A stretch of DNA of 43,995 nucleotides from a virus (lineage: Duplodnaviria; Caudoviricetes). Positions 36,699 through 43,825 of the stretch are shown here, piece by piece; within the stretch, counting starts at the first letter, position 1, and every line of letters begins with the position of its first letter. A model generated the notes under the pieces. The model saw only the letters and a program-made list of their open reading frames with translations. It was not told the DNA's origin and did not search any database. A program made the position numbers and the translations under genes. The DNA is taken from IMG/VR virus record IMGVR_UViG_3300009678_000081, positions 1 to 43,995 of that record. One strand, written 5' to 3'.

Positions 36699-37293
36699 CG
36701 GGCCCTCCCTTTGCGAATGCGATCGTGTCGGTGAACTTCACGTAGGCCTCGCCGAGCCCGCGCGCGAGTGCTTCCATCACTGCTCCCTGGCCGTCGATGT
36801 CCGCGAGGGCCTCGACCATGAGGGAGACGCGGTGGACGCGGTCTGCGCGGGTGAGTGGTGCGCCCGGGCCGAGCGTCTTCTCGTCGGACGGGGGCTCCGT
36901 CGCCTCGAGTTCGCGGAGTGCCGCGATCCGGGACGCGTGTGGGACCTGCGGGTGGTCCGCGTAGGCCGAGAGGCGCTGCCTACGCTCCTCGCGCGTGAGG
37001 ACCTTCGCGGCGCCGGACCGTACCGCGGCGTCGATGTCGCGCCGAATCTTCTCCTCGTCCGGCCCTGAGTCTGACTCGGGGTTGGGCGAGAGGGGCCGGC
37101 CGACTGCCGCGGGCGGGATGAGGCCGCCGCGGACGAGGACGTCGCGCGCGCGGGACACCGTCCGCTCGGATGCGCGCGTAGCCTTCGCTACTTCGCGGAT
37201 TGTGGCGGTCGGGTTCGCCAGAATGAACTGTTTGACGAGCTTGACCTTCCACCCCGTGAGGGAATCTGCCGGATTCGGGTCCGGATCAATCAC
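36634..37293 (-). CDS. HTH DNA-binding protein, candidate terminase small subunit
   Basis: HTH ATIREVAKATRASERTVSRAR; LTREERRQRLS...RIAALREL is TerS-like; first gene of the late arm; GTG 37293 with AAAGGA RBS. Confidence 0.55.
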   Translation of the reverse strand: MIDPDPNPADSLTGWKVKLVKQFILANPTATIREVAKATRASERTVSRARDVLVRGGLIPPAAVGRPLSPNPESDSGPDEEKIRRDIDAAVRSGAAKVLTREERRQRLSAYADHPQVPHASRIAALRELEATEPPSDEKTLGPGAPLTRADRVHRVSLMVEALADIDGQGAVMEALARGLGEAYVKFTDTIAFAKGGPDAGPVQRPDAPDVPLPEVRDA

Positions 37294-37524
37294 TTGGGCC
37301 GTCCTTTCCGGTTGGCGATTTCCAAAATTGTGTGTGCCACCAAGGAGTTGTACCTCCCCCTGCACGGAGGATTTTGTTTGGGGCTCCCCCCGGCCATCGC
37401 GGAACGCGCGCGCACCCCACCCTCGAGGTCGAGGCACGCATCACCGCTCCATCCCTCGCACGCCCATGCCCCTGGCCTCTCGTTGTGTGGCCTTCCTTGG
37501 GGCAGCGTGGGGATTTCGCTTGAC

Positions 37525-37563
37525 TCAGCCCGAGTATTATACCACACATCAGCCCCGAGACAG
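37525..37563 (-). promoter_or_regulatory. Leftward extended -10 promoter (TGgTATAAT) for the late arm
   Basis: attatacca at 37536-37544 reads TGGTATAAT on the - strand; weak -35; flanked by the direct repeat TCAGCCC(C)GAG. Confidence 0.55.
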
Positions 37564-37720
37564 GCTTGGCCGTGCCTGCTTTTGGCTGCCTCGCGCGGTA
37601 ACTGATAGGTGGCATGAGGATTGCGTGGGCTGGACGAGTGGGTTTTTATGCACGATCTCGTGGGGCAATTCGCACACGTCGGCACATACGCGCGTGAGCC
37701 GACGCCTGATACATCAGCAC

Positions 37721-37751
37721 TTGACTCTTGGCACGCGTCGTGCTCTACTCT
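37721..37751 (+). promoter_or_regulatory. Putative early promoter
   Basis: TTGACT-N17-TCTACT with TG extension, upstream of the GGAGG RBS of ORF 37796. Confidence 0.5.
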
Positions 37752-37795
37752 CACGTCGACGCCGCGCGGTGCGGCGCGCAACGGAGGACACGAGC

Positions 37796-38032
37796 ATGAG
37801 AGAAGGATACGAGCACGCACGCATCAACGCAGCGCTCGTACAGCGCGAGGCCGAGGCCCACGCGAGAGATCGCGCGGTGCGGCAGGGCGAACGCGTGTAC
37901 GTGTACAGGCACCTCGACGTGTTCTATGTGCGCACGTCCGTCGAGGTGAGCGACCCCGTCGGGTGCAGTCTCCAGCCGCTCCCGGCTCAGGCCCAGTGCA
38001 TCTATCGCTGGCCCAAGGAGGAAACGTGCTGA
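37796..38032 (+). CDS. Early hypothetical protein
   Basis: GGAGG RBS, ATG 37796. Confidence 0.6.
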   Translation: MREGYEHARINAALVQREAEAHARDRAVRQGERVYVYRHLDVFYVRTSVEVSDPVGCSLQPLPAQAQCIYRWPKEETC

Positions 38033-38193
38033 ACCAGAAGAACGATGCGCTCAAGCTGTTCATCTGCTTCGTGCTCATGCTCGCCTGCATCGGACTGAGC
38101 ACGTGCGTCAACGGGTGCGCGACGACGCGCCCCGAACCTACACCCCAGTGCGGGCAGAGCGACCTGCCCGTGGAGGATTGGGACAATGAATAG
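38026..38193 (+). CDS. Small putative lipoprotein
   Basis: AGGAGG RBS; hydrophobic core then lipobox-like VNG-C. Confidence 0.5.
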   Translation: MLNQKNDALKLFICFVLMLACIGLSTCVNGCATTRPEPTPQCGQSDLPVEDWDNE

Positions 38194-38386
38194 CTTGACA
38201 GACCGCATCATCTCGTATGAGCTAGGTGAATTGGACGAGGACGAGGTCGTGTCCCTCTTCCAGGAACTTGTGGACCGCGGGCTCGCGTTCACGCTCCAGG
38301 GCCACTACGGACGCACGGCCGTCGCGCTGATCGAGGCCGGGCTGGTCGAGCCGGGCGGTGATGGATGGGAGGTCGTAGGGGCTTGA
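38186..38386 (+). CDS. Conserved small phage protein
   Basis: YE.GEL...E...LFQ.LVD.G.A..LQGHYGRTA..LIEAG is a pattern seen in many phage early regions. Confidence 0.7.
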   Translation: MNSLTDRIISYELGELDEDEVVSLFQELVDRGLAFTLQGHYGRTAVALIEAGLVEPGGDGWEVVGA

Positions 38387-38411
38387 CAACGCACGAACCA
38401 CGTGCTATCGT
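38383..38411 (+). promoter_or_regulatory. Sigma70-type early promoter
   Basis: TTGACA-N17-TATCGT with TG extension, then the AAAGGAGG RBS of ORF 38440. Confidence 0.75.
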
Positions 38412-38439
38412 AGTAGGTGTCACAACAAAGGAGGAAGTC

Positions 38440-38697
38440 ATGAGTGTGAAGTCGCGGTACGTGAATCGAGGCACCGGTGGAGGCTGGTACCTCAGCAGCT
38501 ACCACACTGACGGGAAGCGCACACTCGCGCCTCTCGTCGAGGTCGAGGCGGCGACCGCCGAATTGAACCGCAAGGTGTATGGCGTCACGAACGCGAGCCG
38601 CGCAGTGGAGGTCGAGCCCGGCCTCTTCGGAGCGTGGTTCGAGACTGACAGCGCGGGACGCGTGCGGTACTTCCGTCCCGATGGCGTGGAGGTGTAG
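38440..38697 (+). CDS. Early hypothetical protein
   Basis: AAGGAGG RBS, ATG 38440. Confidence 0.65.
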   Translation: MSVKSRYVNRGTGGGWYLSSYHTDGKRTLAPLVEVEAATAELNRKVYGVTNASRAVEVEPGLFGAWFETDSAGRVRYFRPDGVEV

Positions 38698-38698
38698 C

Positions 38699-38878
38699 GT
38701 GAACATCGTCGAATGGATTGAGTCGTGCGAGCGTGCCCACGCGGACGCGAAGCGCGAGGGACGCACGGAGGACGCGAAGGCGCTCCACGTGCTGTGGCAC
38801 CAGGCCCTGTTGAAGTACGACGAAGCGGACCCCCTGGACTTCATCCCGGTCCAGGACGGCATGAGGGAGTCGATATGA
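38699..38878 (+). CDS. Early hypothetical protein
   Basis: GGAGGT RBS, GTG start. Confidence 0.55.
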   Translation: MNIVEWIESCERAHADAKREGRTEDAKALHVLWHQALLKYDEADPLDFIPVQDGMRESI

Positions 38879-38973
38879 CCACGATGCGCAAGGACCTGCT
38901 GTTCCTGATCGGTGTGTGGATCGCCCTCGTGGTCCACGAGCTTTGGTGGATCGTAGCGGAGTGGGGCAGCTAG
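38875..38973 (+). CDS. Small single-TM protein (32 aa)
   Basis: ATGA coupling; LLFLIGVWIALVV. Confidence 0.45.
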   Translation: MTTMRKDLLFLIGVWIALVVHELWWIVAEWGS

Positions 38974-39059
38974 TGGCGACGTTCGTGGTGGTGGTCGCGG
39001 TGGTGGTCGTGGTGCTCGGCATCGGGAGCGCGGTAGCGCAGCTTACTCGGAGGTGGTAA
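38973..39059 (+). CDS. Small Val-rich single-TM protein (28 aa)
   Basis: TAGTG and TAATG couplings; (M)ATFVVVVAVVVVVLGIGSAVAQLTRRW. Confidence 0.4.
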   Translation: MATFVVVVAVVVVVLGIGSAVAQLTRRW

Positions 39060-39382
39060 TGCGATTCATCGAGCGGAAGATACTGGAGACGCTGATAGGG
39101 GAGGCCGCGAAGCGGGACTACTACCCGCACGTGATCGAGGCCTACGGCGTGGACGAGGAGGACGGCCGCGTGTCCCAGGACCGCATGCAGCTACGCGTCA
39201 TCATCGAGCAGGCGGACGCGTGGGACGCGGACAGCATCATCACGTTCAGGCACGCGGAGGAGGACGAGTGGTTCTGGGTCCACATGATCTGGGGCAACGG
39301 TGAATACGTGATCCACGACTACCAGGTCCACACTGACGCCGACATCATCGTCGGCGCAACGACGAAGGAGATCGAGTCATGA
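39059..39382 (+). CDS. Early hypothetical protein
   Basis: GGAGGT RBS; acidic, with WV.MIWGNG..VIHDY motif. Confidence 0.65.
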   Translation: MRFIERKILETLIGEAAKRDYYPHVIEAYGVDEEDGRVSQDRMQLRVIIEQADAWDADSIITFRHAEEDEWFWVHMIWGNGEYVIHDYQVHTDADIIVGATTKEIES

Positions 39383-39576
39383 AGACGGCAACGATCCGCT
39401 CGAACCCGTACACTGGCCCCTGGCACGCGATGAAGTACCGCACCACCGTCCAGGACGTGACGGGGAAGGTGCTGGCGGTGCTGTACACGGACACCCTGAT
39501 CCACACGTTTGACCTGCTGCGGGGCTTCGCCGACTCGTACAAGGTCGAGCCGGACGAGGAAGAGGTCACGGCGTAA
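39379..39576 (+). CDS. Early hypothetical protein
   Basis: AAGGAG RBS, ATGA coupling. Confidence 0.55.
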   Translation: MKTATIRSNPYTGPWHAMKYRTTVQDVTGKVLAVLYTDTLIHTFDLLRGFADSYKVEPDEEEVTA

Positions 39577-39740
39577 TGGGATTCCCACTCTACACCGAGC
39601 GCGCCCGGGAACTACTCCTGGGCGCGCAGGAGGACCTGCGTGACGCGCTGCGCGAGGTGGACGACATGGAGGTCACTGACGCCATCTCGGACATGATCGA
39701 AGAGATCGACACCCTACTCGACTGGGAGGACCTGTCATGA
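39576..39740 (+). CDS. Small acidic helical protein (54 aa)
   Basis: TAATG coupling; MGFPLYTERARELLLGAQEDL...DWEDLS. Confidence 0.55.
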   Translation: MGFPLYTERARELLLGAQEDLRDALREVDDMEVTDAISDMIEEIDTLLDWEDLS

Positions 39741-39892
39741 CCAAGAGCCTAGAGGCGCGCATCAGGGAGGAACTGGATTGGATGCGCGAGCACGAGGACC
39801 CGGAGGTGAGGGACCTCGCGCACGTATTCGAGACCATCGCGAAGGAGGTGGAGACCCTCGTGCAGTACACCCGTGCCCTGGAGGACAAATGA
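39737..39892 (+). CDS. Small acidic helical protein (51 aa)
   Basis: GGAGG RBS, ATGA coupling; MTKSLEARIREELDW... Confidence 0.55.
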   Translation: MTKSLEARIREELDWMREHEDPEVRDLAHVFETIAKEVETLVQYTRALEDK

Positions 39893-40086
39893 GCGACGAT
39901 CGCGAGTACGCGGTGGTGAAGCGTGGCTCGAAGTTCCTCGTGTTCCCGACGGACGACGTCCGCGCCCAGACCGGGATCGTGTTCCCGGCCGCGGACGGGC
40001 TCACGTCGTACGCGAGGGCACGCAAGTACGCAGACTCGTGCCAGGAGGACCTAGCGTCCGTCCGGCGAGCACTGAGGCGCGTATGA
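39889..40086 (+). CDS. Early hypothetical protein
   Basis: GGAGG RBS, ATGA coupling. Confidence 0.55.
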   Translation: MSDDREYAVVKRGSKFLVFPTDDVRAQTGIVFPAADGLTSYARARKYADSCQEDLASVRRALRRV

Positions 40087-40214
40087 CGCGCGCCTCCATC
40101 CAGGCGAAGGTTGCGGCGCGCAAGGAGGCGCGCCCCGACCTCTACTGCAAGCACCCGCGCTGCTTATGGCGCACCACCGAGGGCTACTGCCCCAGGCACA
40201 AGGAGGCGAAGTGA
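40083..40214 (+). CDS. Small Cys/His zinc-finger-like protein (43 aa)
   Basis: YCKHPRCLW.....YCPRH. Confidence 0.55.
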   Translation: MTRASIQAKVAARKEARPDLYCKHPRCLWRTTEGYCPRHKEAK

Positions 40215-40426
40215 AGGTCATGGTCGTGAAGGCGCGGCGCATGCCGCACGCGGTGGGCTGGCTCGAAGGCATCAACGAGAGCGGGAACGAAGTCGCGTTC
40301 ATCCTCCCGTGGTTCCGCGTGCGCGGGATCGCGGAGGACGTGAACGCTGGCGAGAAGGTGGAGGTGTCCGTCCCGTACCACTCGATCGTCCACGTCAAGA
40401 ACCCGCGCATGAGGAGGGCGGCGTGA
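40211..40426 (+). CDS. Early hypothetical protein
   Basis: AAGGAGG RBS, GTGA coupling. Confidence 0.55.
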   Translation: MKVMVVKARRMPHAVGWLEGINESGNEVAFILPWFRVRGIAEDVNAGEKVEVSVPYHSIVHVKNPRMRRAA

Positions 40427-40782
40427 CACCACACATGATCCTGCCTCGGGCTGACTACCAGTATCCGAACAACGGCGACACCCAGGAGTTCCTTGCGCGG
40501 CTCATCGCGGAGATGTTCAACACGCTCCAGCGGAAGCACGGGACGCCGCACTTCCTGGACGCGGGCCCGACGCAGTGGGCCCACGTGTGCGCGCGCGTCA
40601 TGTACCCTGAGATTCCCCTTGACTTGTGGGGGACGGGCCAGGAGGTCCGAGTCCCGATCCCGTGGGAGATGCTCGTCGTGGGGGACCGCCTCTACAAGGG
40701 GCAGTTCCCGGACTTCCTCGCGGTTGAGGTGAAGGACGACAGGAACGACGGGATCGACCACCTCAGGGACCTACTGAACTGA
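40423..40782 (+). CDS. Early hypothetical protein
   Basis: AGGAGG RBS, GTGA coupling. Confidence 0.55.
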   Translation: MTPHMILPRADYQYPNNGDTQEFLARLIAEMFNTLQRKHGTPHFLDAGPTQWAHVCARVMYPEIPLDLWGTGQEVRVPIPWEMLVVGDRLYKGQFPDFLAVEVKDDRNDGIDHLRDLLN

Positions 40783-40786
40783 ACCC

Positions 40787-40827
40787 TTGACAGCGGGTGA
40801 GCGCCGTGGTATAATGGGCGCTCACCC
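40787..40827 (+). promoter_or_regulatory. Perfect sigma70 promoter with the -10 box inside an 11-bp inverted repeat
   Basis: TTGACA 40787-40792, N17, TGgTATAAT (-10 at 40810-40815); arms GGGTGAGCGCC/GGCGCTCACCC. Confidence 0.9.
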
Positions 40828-40838
40828 AGGAGGCACGC

Positions 40839-40979
40839 ATGACGATTCGGTGGTTCAAGACGGCGGGCTTCGAGATCGGGGCGGGCGTGCGATGGGGCGA
40901 CGCCAGGCACCGCTCGTGGCTCTGGGCGATTCACCTCGGCCCCCGCTCCCTCATGGGAGTAGTGAGGTGGTGGCTATGA
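40839..40979 (+). CDS. Small Trp-rich protein (46 aa)
   Basis: AGGAGG RBS right after the promoter; ATGA coupling. Confidence 0.5.
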   Translation: MTIRWFKTAGFEIGAGVRWGDARHRSWLWAIHLGPRSLMGVVRWWL

Positions 40980-41260
40980 GGAAGCAGCGGCAGCTACACC
41001 GCGCGGGCCTCGTGACGAACTTCGGCCCCAAGGCGGCGCGTGCGCGGCGCGAGCTACAGCGCGTCGTCGCGGCAGTCCGGAAGGTAATCTGGAAGCGGCC
41101 CGGCCTCCTCGTGATGTGGGTCGACCGCGACGTGCGGCAGGCCCGCGCGAGCGGGGCAGGGTTCTTCGCGAACGAGAAGCTGAACGCACCGTACCAGGGG
41201 CGCGTGATCGGGATGGGCCCGCGCGCGCTCCTCATTCTCCGAGGGAGGACGCCAGAATGA
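40976..41260 (+). CDS. Basic hypothetical protein
   Basis: GAGGT RBS, ATGA coupling. Confidence 0.5.
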   Translation: MRKQRQLHRAGLVTNFGPKAARARRELQRVVAAVRKVIWKRPGLLVMWVDRDVRQARASGAGFFANEKLNAPYQGRVIGMGPRALLILRGRTPE

Positions 41261-41439
41261 GAGTCGACCACGCAGCGATCCGCAAGGCCACGCTCGAAGA
41301 ACTCCGGGACCTCCTCGTGGAGTACGCGGTGAAGCACGCGCGCGTCAAGGAGGAGATGTACCTGTACAAGGAGGCGCGCGAGGCCGTGACGTGGGAGATT
41401 CAGTCCAGGGAGGATACATGTACCCCCCCGGCACCCTAG
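41257..41439 (+). CDS. Hypothetical protein
   Basis: GGAGG RBS. Confidence 0.55.
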   Translation: MRVDHAAIRKATLEELRDLLVEYAVKHARVKEEMYLYKEAREAVTWEIQSREDTCTPPAP

Positions 41440-41666
41440 AGCTACCGTACTTCTGCGGCGACCTCTCGTGCGCGTGCCACAGGCCCTCGGCGTACTACAC
41501 GTCCGAGGGGAAGCGCCTCCGCGTCAGCCTGCGTGGCGGGCGCTGGACGGTGGAGGTGCGCGAGGACGGGCTCATCGTGGACGAGTTCTCGAACCACGAA
41601 CTCAACGTCGCGCTGGACCAGGTCCACCGCGAGTACCCAGGCATCTCATTCAACCCGGAGGACTGA
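41418..41666 (+). CDS. Hypothetical protein
   Basis: GGAGG RBS; C....CACH motif. Confidence 0.55.
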   Translation: MYPPGTLELPYFCGDLSCACHRPSAYYTSEGKRLRVSLRGGRWTVEVREDGLIVDEFSNHELNVALDQVHREYPGISFNPED

Positions 41667-41971
41667 TGAAGCCGTTCGCAGTCGCGCTCGTCCTGATCGT
41701 ACTCGCGTTCGTGTTCCTCGGTGCACTCGCGCTGATGGTGATCCCACCGGCCGTCGCGATCCCGAACCCGCACTACCCGATGAACGCCCAGGCGGTGGAG
41801 CCGCCCCCGCAGCCGGACCTCGGCGCGGGCGAGGGGTTCATGTACGACGCGACGCGGTGGGCCGCGTTCGTCGTCGAGGGAGAGATATTCCTCTTCACCC
41901 CCGAGGCGGGCTTCTCGCGCATCCCCGTCGGGACGATCCTTCTCGTGCCCGCGCGCCCTGACTCGCTGTGA
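41666..41971 (+). CDS. Membrane-anchored or exported hypothetical protein
   Basis: TGATG coupling; long N-terminal hydrophobic helix. Confidence 0.6.
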   Translation: MKPFAVALVLIVLAFVFLGALALMVIPPAVAIPNPHYPMNAQAVEPPPQPDLGAGEGFMYDATRWAAFVVEGEIFLFTPEAGFSRIPVGTILLVPARPDSL

Positions 41972-42384
41972 GCGACTTCGTCAAGCAGTACATGAAGGCG
42001 TGCGAGGACGCGGGACTCTTCGAGCCAGCGTTCCACTACTCTGACCTAGGGAGGATTCTCATGAGCACTAAGACCGGAGTCATGTTCTACGCGAACGTCG
42101 CCGCCCCGAGCGCGTCCCTCGAGGGCCCCATCTACGTCCGCGCCTCGCAGAGGTTCGAGGGCCGCGTGTACCTCAAGCTGCCCGCGGCCGTCGGCGTGGG
42201 CGTCTACCTCAGCGCGGCCGAGGCCTCCCTGCTCGCGAAGCAACTCCAGCGCGCCCTGCACGAGGCCGAGAAGCCGCTCCCTGCCCAGAAGCTCGAAATC
42301 GAGTTCGCGGACGGGACCCTCGGGTACGTCCCGCTCTCGAAGAACACGAAGCGCGCCGTCAAGTCCCGCGTCGTCACGGCATAG
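41968..42384 (+). CDS. Hypothetical protein
   Basis: GTGA coupling; alternative ATG at 42061 with GGAGG RBS. Confidence 0.55.
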   Translation: MSDFVKQYMKACEDAGLFEPAFHYSDLGRILMSTKTGVMFYANVAAPSASLEGPIYVRASQRFEGRVYLKLPAAVGVGVYLSAAEASLLAKQLQRALHEAEKPLPAQKLEIEFADGTLGYVPLSKNTKRAVKSRVVTA

Positions 42385-42435
42385 TCTACAGTACGGAGGG
42401 GGGTTTATTACCCCCCTCCTCTGTACTATATAGAC
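42384..42435. terminator. Long hairpin (terminator or origin element)
   Basis: GGAGGGGGGT-ttatt-ACCCCCCTCC core extended by AGTAC/GTACT and GTCTA/TAGAC. Confidence 0.55.
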
Positions 42436-42542
42436 AATTGGCAATATGACGTAGTACCAACGAGTTAACTTTGCGTTTTCACTTCCGGCCACATATGGTT
42501 GTCGGAATTGGATATAACCCAAATTTCCCAACGGAGGGCACA

Positions 42543-43631
42543 TTGACCACGGTACCGCAGCGCCCGCCCCTCAAGGTCGAGCGGGTGGGCCGCCTCGTGA
42601 AGGCGCAGCGCCCCGAGATGCTGATCGACCGCGTCCTCGCGAGGCAGGGGGTGGCCCTCGTCGCGGCCACGCCCTACACGGGGAAGACGTTCCTCGCGCT
42701 CGAGGCGATGCGGGCCGTCGTCGAGGCGAAGCCCTTCCTCGGGCACTTCCCCGTGGCGCGCCCGGGGAACGTCCTCTACCTCGGGAACGACTCGCCCGAC
42801 TGGGACATCGCATCCCAGTTCGACAAGCTGATCGGGCTCCCGGACCCGAAGACGCACGACGTCGGGATGCTGATCGACGAGACAGACCTCGGCTCGTACG
42901 GGTTCATCTTCGAGCCCGGCTTCATGCTCAACACGGCCGAGGACGCGGAGCGCGTGATCGACGCGGCGAGGCGCCAGTCGAGCATCCGGGACCTCACGCG
43001 GTACTTCGACGAGGAGCGGTACCGCTCGGTCCGCGGCACCGACCTGATCGTGATCGACACGCTCCGGTCCGTCCACGGGTTCGAGGAGAACGACAACACG
43101 GGGATGCAGCACGTGATGAACCTCCTCCGGTACATCGCGAACCAGACGAAGGCGGCCGTGCTCGCGCTCCACCACTTCAACAAGGGGACGAAGGAGTCAC
43201 CGCAGGCCTCGCTCGAGCGGCTCCGCGGCGCGACCGCGATCGGGGGCGCGGCGGACTCCGTCTTCGCCCTCACGGGGAAGGCCCCGAGCATCGCGGTCCG
43301 CGTGTTGAAGCACCGCCCCTGCCCGGAGCAGGGCGACTTCATGTACGAGTTCGAGTCGAGCCCGACGTCGGCCTCGCTCCGGCTCTCGGGCGAGGGCGTC
43401 ACGAGCACGGGCGCGCGGAAGGCCGTCCTCGAGCTACTCAGGGCGCACAAGGGCGAGTGGGTCCAGACGGCGGCGATCCAGGCCGCGGTCGGCGACCTGC
43501 TCGGGGTCGACGGGAAGAAGGCGTCGGCGGCCACGATGAAGGTCCTCGCTGCCCTCGACAAGGCGGGCGCGATCGTCCGCATCCACGGCGCGGCCCGCAT
43601 CGCGGACATCCAGACAGGAGGGGAGTCGTGA
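42543..43631 (+). CDS. RecA-family (AAA_25/RepA-like) replicative helicase
   Basis: Walker A ATPYTGKT, Walker B LIVIDTL, EEND, LHHFNK, RGATAI.GAAD; TTG start with GGAGG RBS. Confidence 0.85.
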   Translation: MTTVPQRPPLKVERVGRLVKAQRPEMLIDRVLARQGVALVAATPYTGKTFLALEAMRAVVEAKPFLGHFPVARPGNVLYLGNDSPDWDIASQFDKLIGLPDPKTHDVGMLIDETDLGSYGFIFEPGFMLNTAEDAERVIDAARRQSSIRDLTRYFDEERYRSVRGTDLIVIDTLRSVHGFEENDNTGMQHVMNLLRYIANQTKAAVLALHHFNKGTKESPQASLERLRGATAIGGAADSVFALTGKAPSIAVRVLKHRPCPEQGDFMYEFESSPTSASLRLSGEGVTSTGARKAVLELLRAHKGEWVQTAAIQAAVGDLLGVDGKKASAATMKVLAALDKAGAIVRIHGAARIADIQTGGES

Positions 43632-43825
43632 GCCTAGAGGACGAGCACCAAGCGATCCGCACCCTGCGGTACCTGTACAAGTTCAATCTCGAACGGTCGC
43701 GCGACATCCGCTTCACGAGCGAGGCGCGCGACGAGCACCTCGACAGCGGGCGCCAGATCAACAACGTCATGATCGACCTGGCGAAGGAAGCACCTGACCT
43801 CTACGGCACGAGGGAGGCCTCATGA
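43628..43825 (+). CDS. Hypothetical protein
   Basis: GGAGG RBS, GTGA and ATGA coupling. Confidence 0.55.
   Translation: MSLEDEHQAIRTLRYLYKFNLERSRDIRFTSEARDEHLDSGRQINNVMIDLAKEAPDLYGTREAS

Noticed and set aside
38195-38221. TTGACA at 38195 as another promoter
   Set aside because: No acceptable -10 at 16-18 nt spacing, and it lies within a coding sequence
40795-40827. N4-type virion-RNAP hairpin promoter
   Set aside because: No virion RNA polymerase is encoded, the loop is 11 nt rather than 3, and it is a consensus sigma70 promoter
448-43609. Many long alternative-frame and antisense ORFs (e.g. 448-1746, 5045-6322, 13097-14569, 21368-22993, 31463-33160)
   Set aside because: Arg/Pro/Gly-rich shadow ORFs expected from high GC and strong codon bias; they overlap well-supported genes and lack motifs
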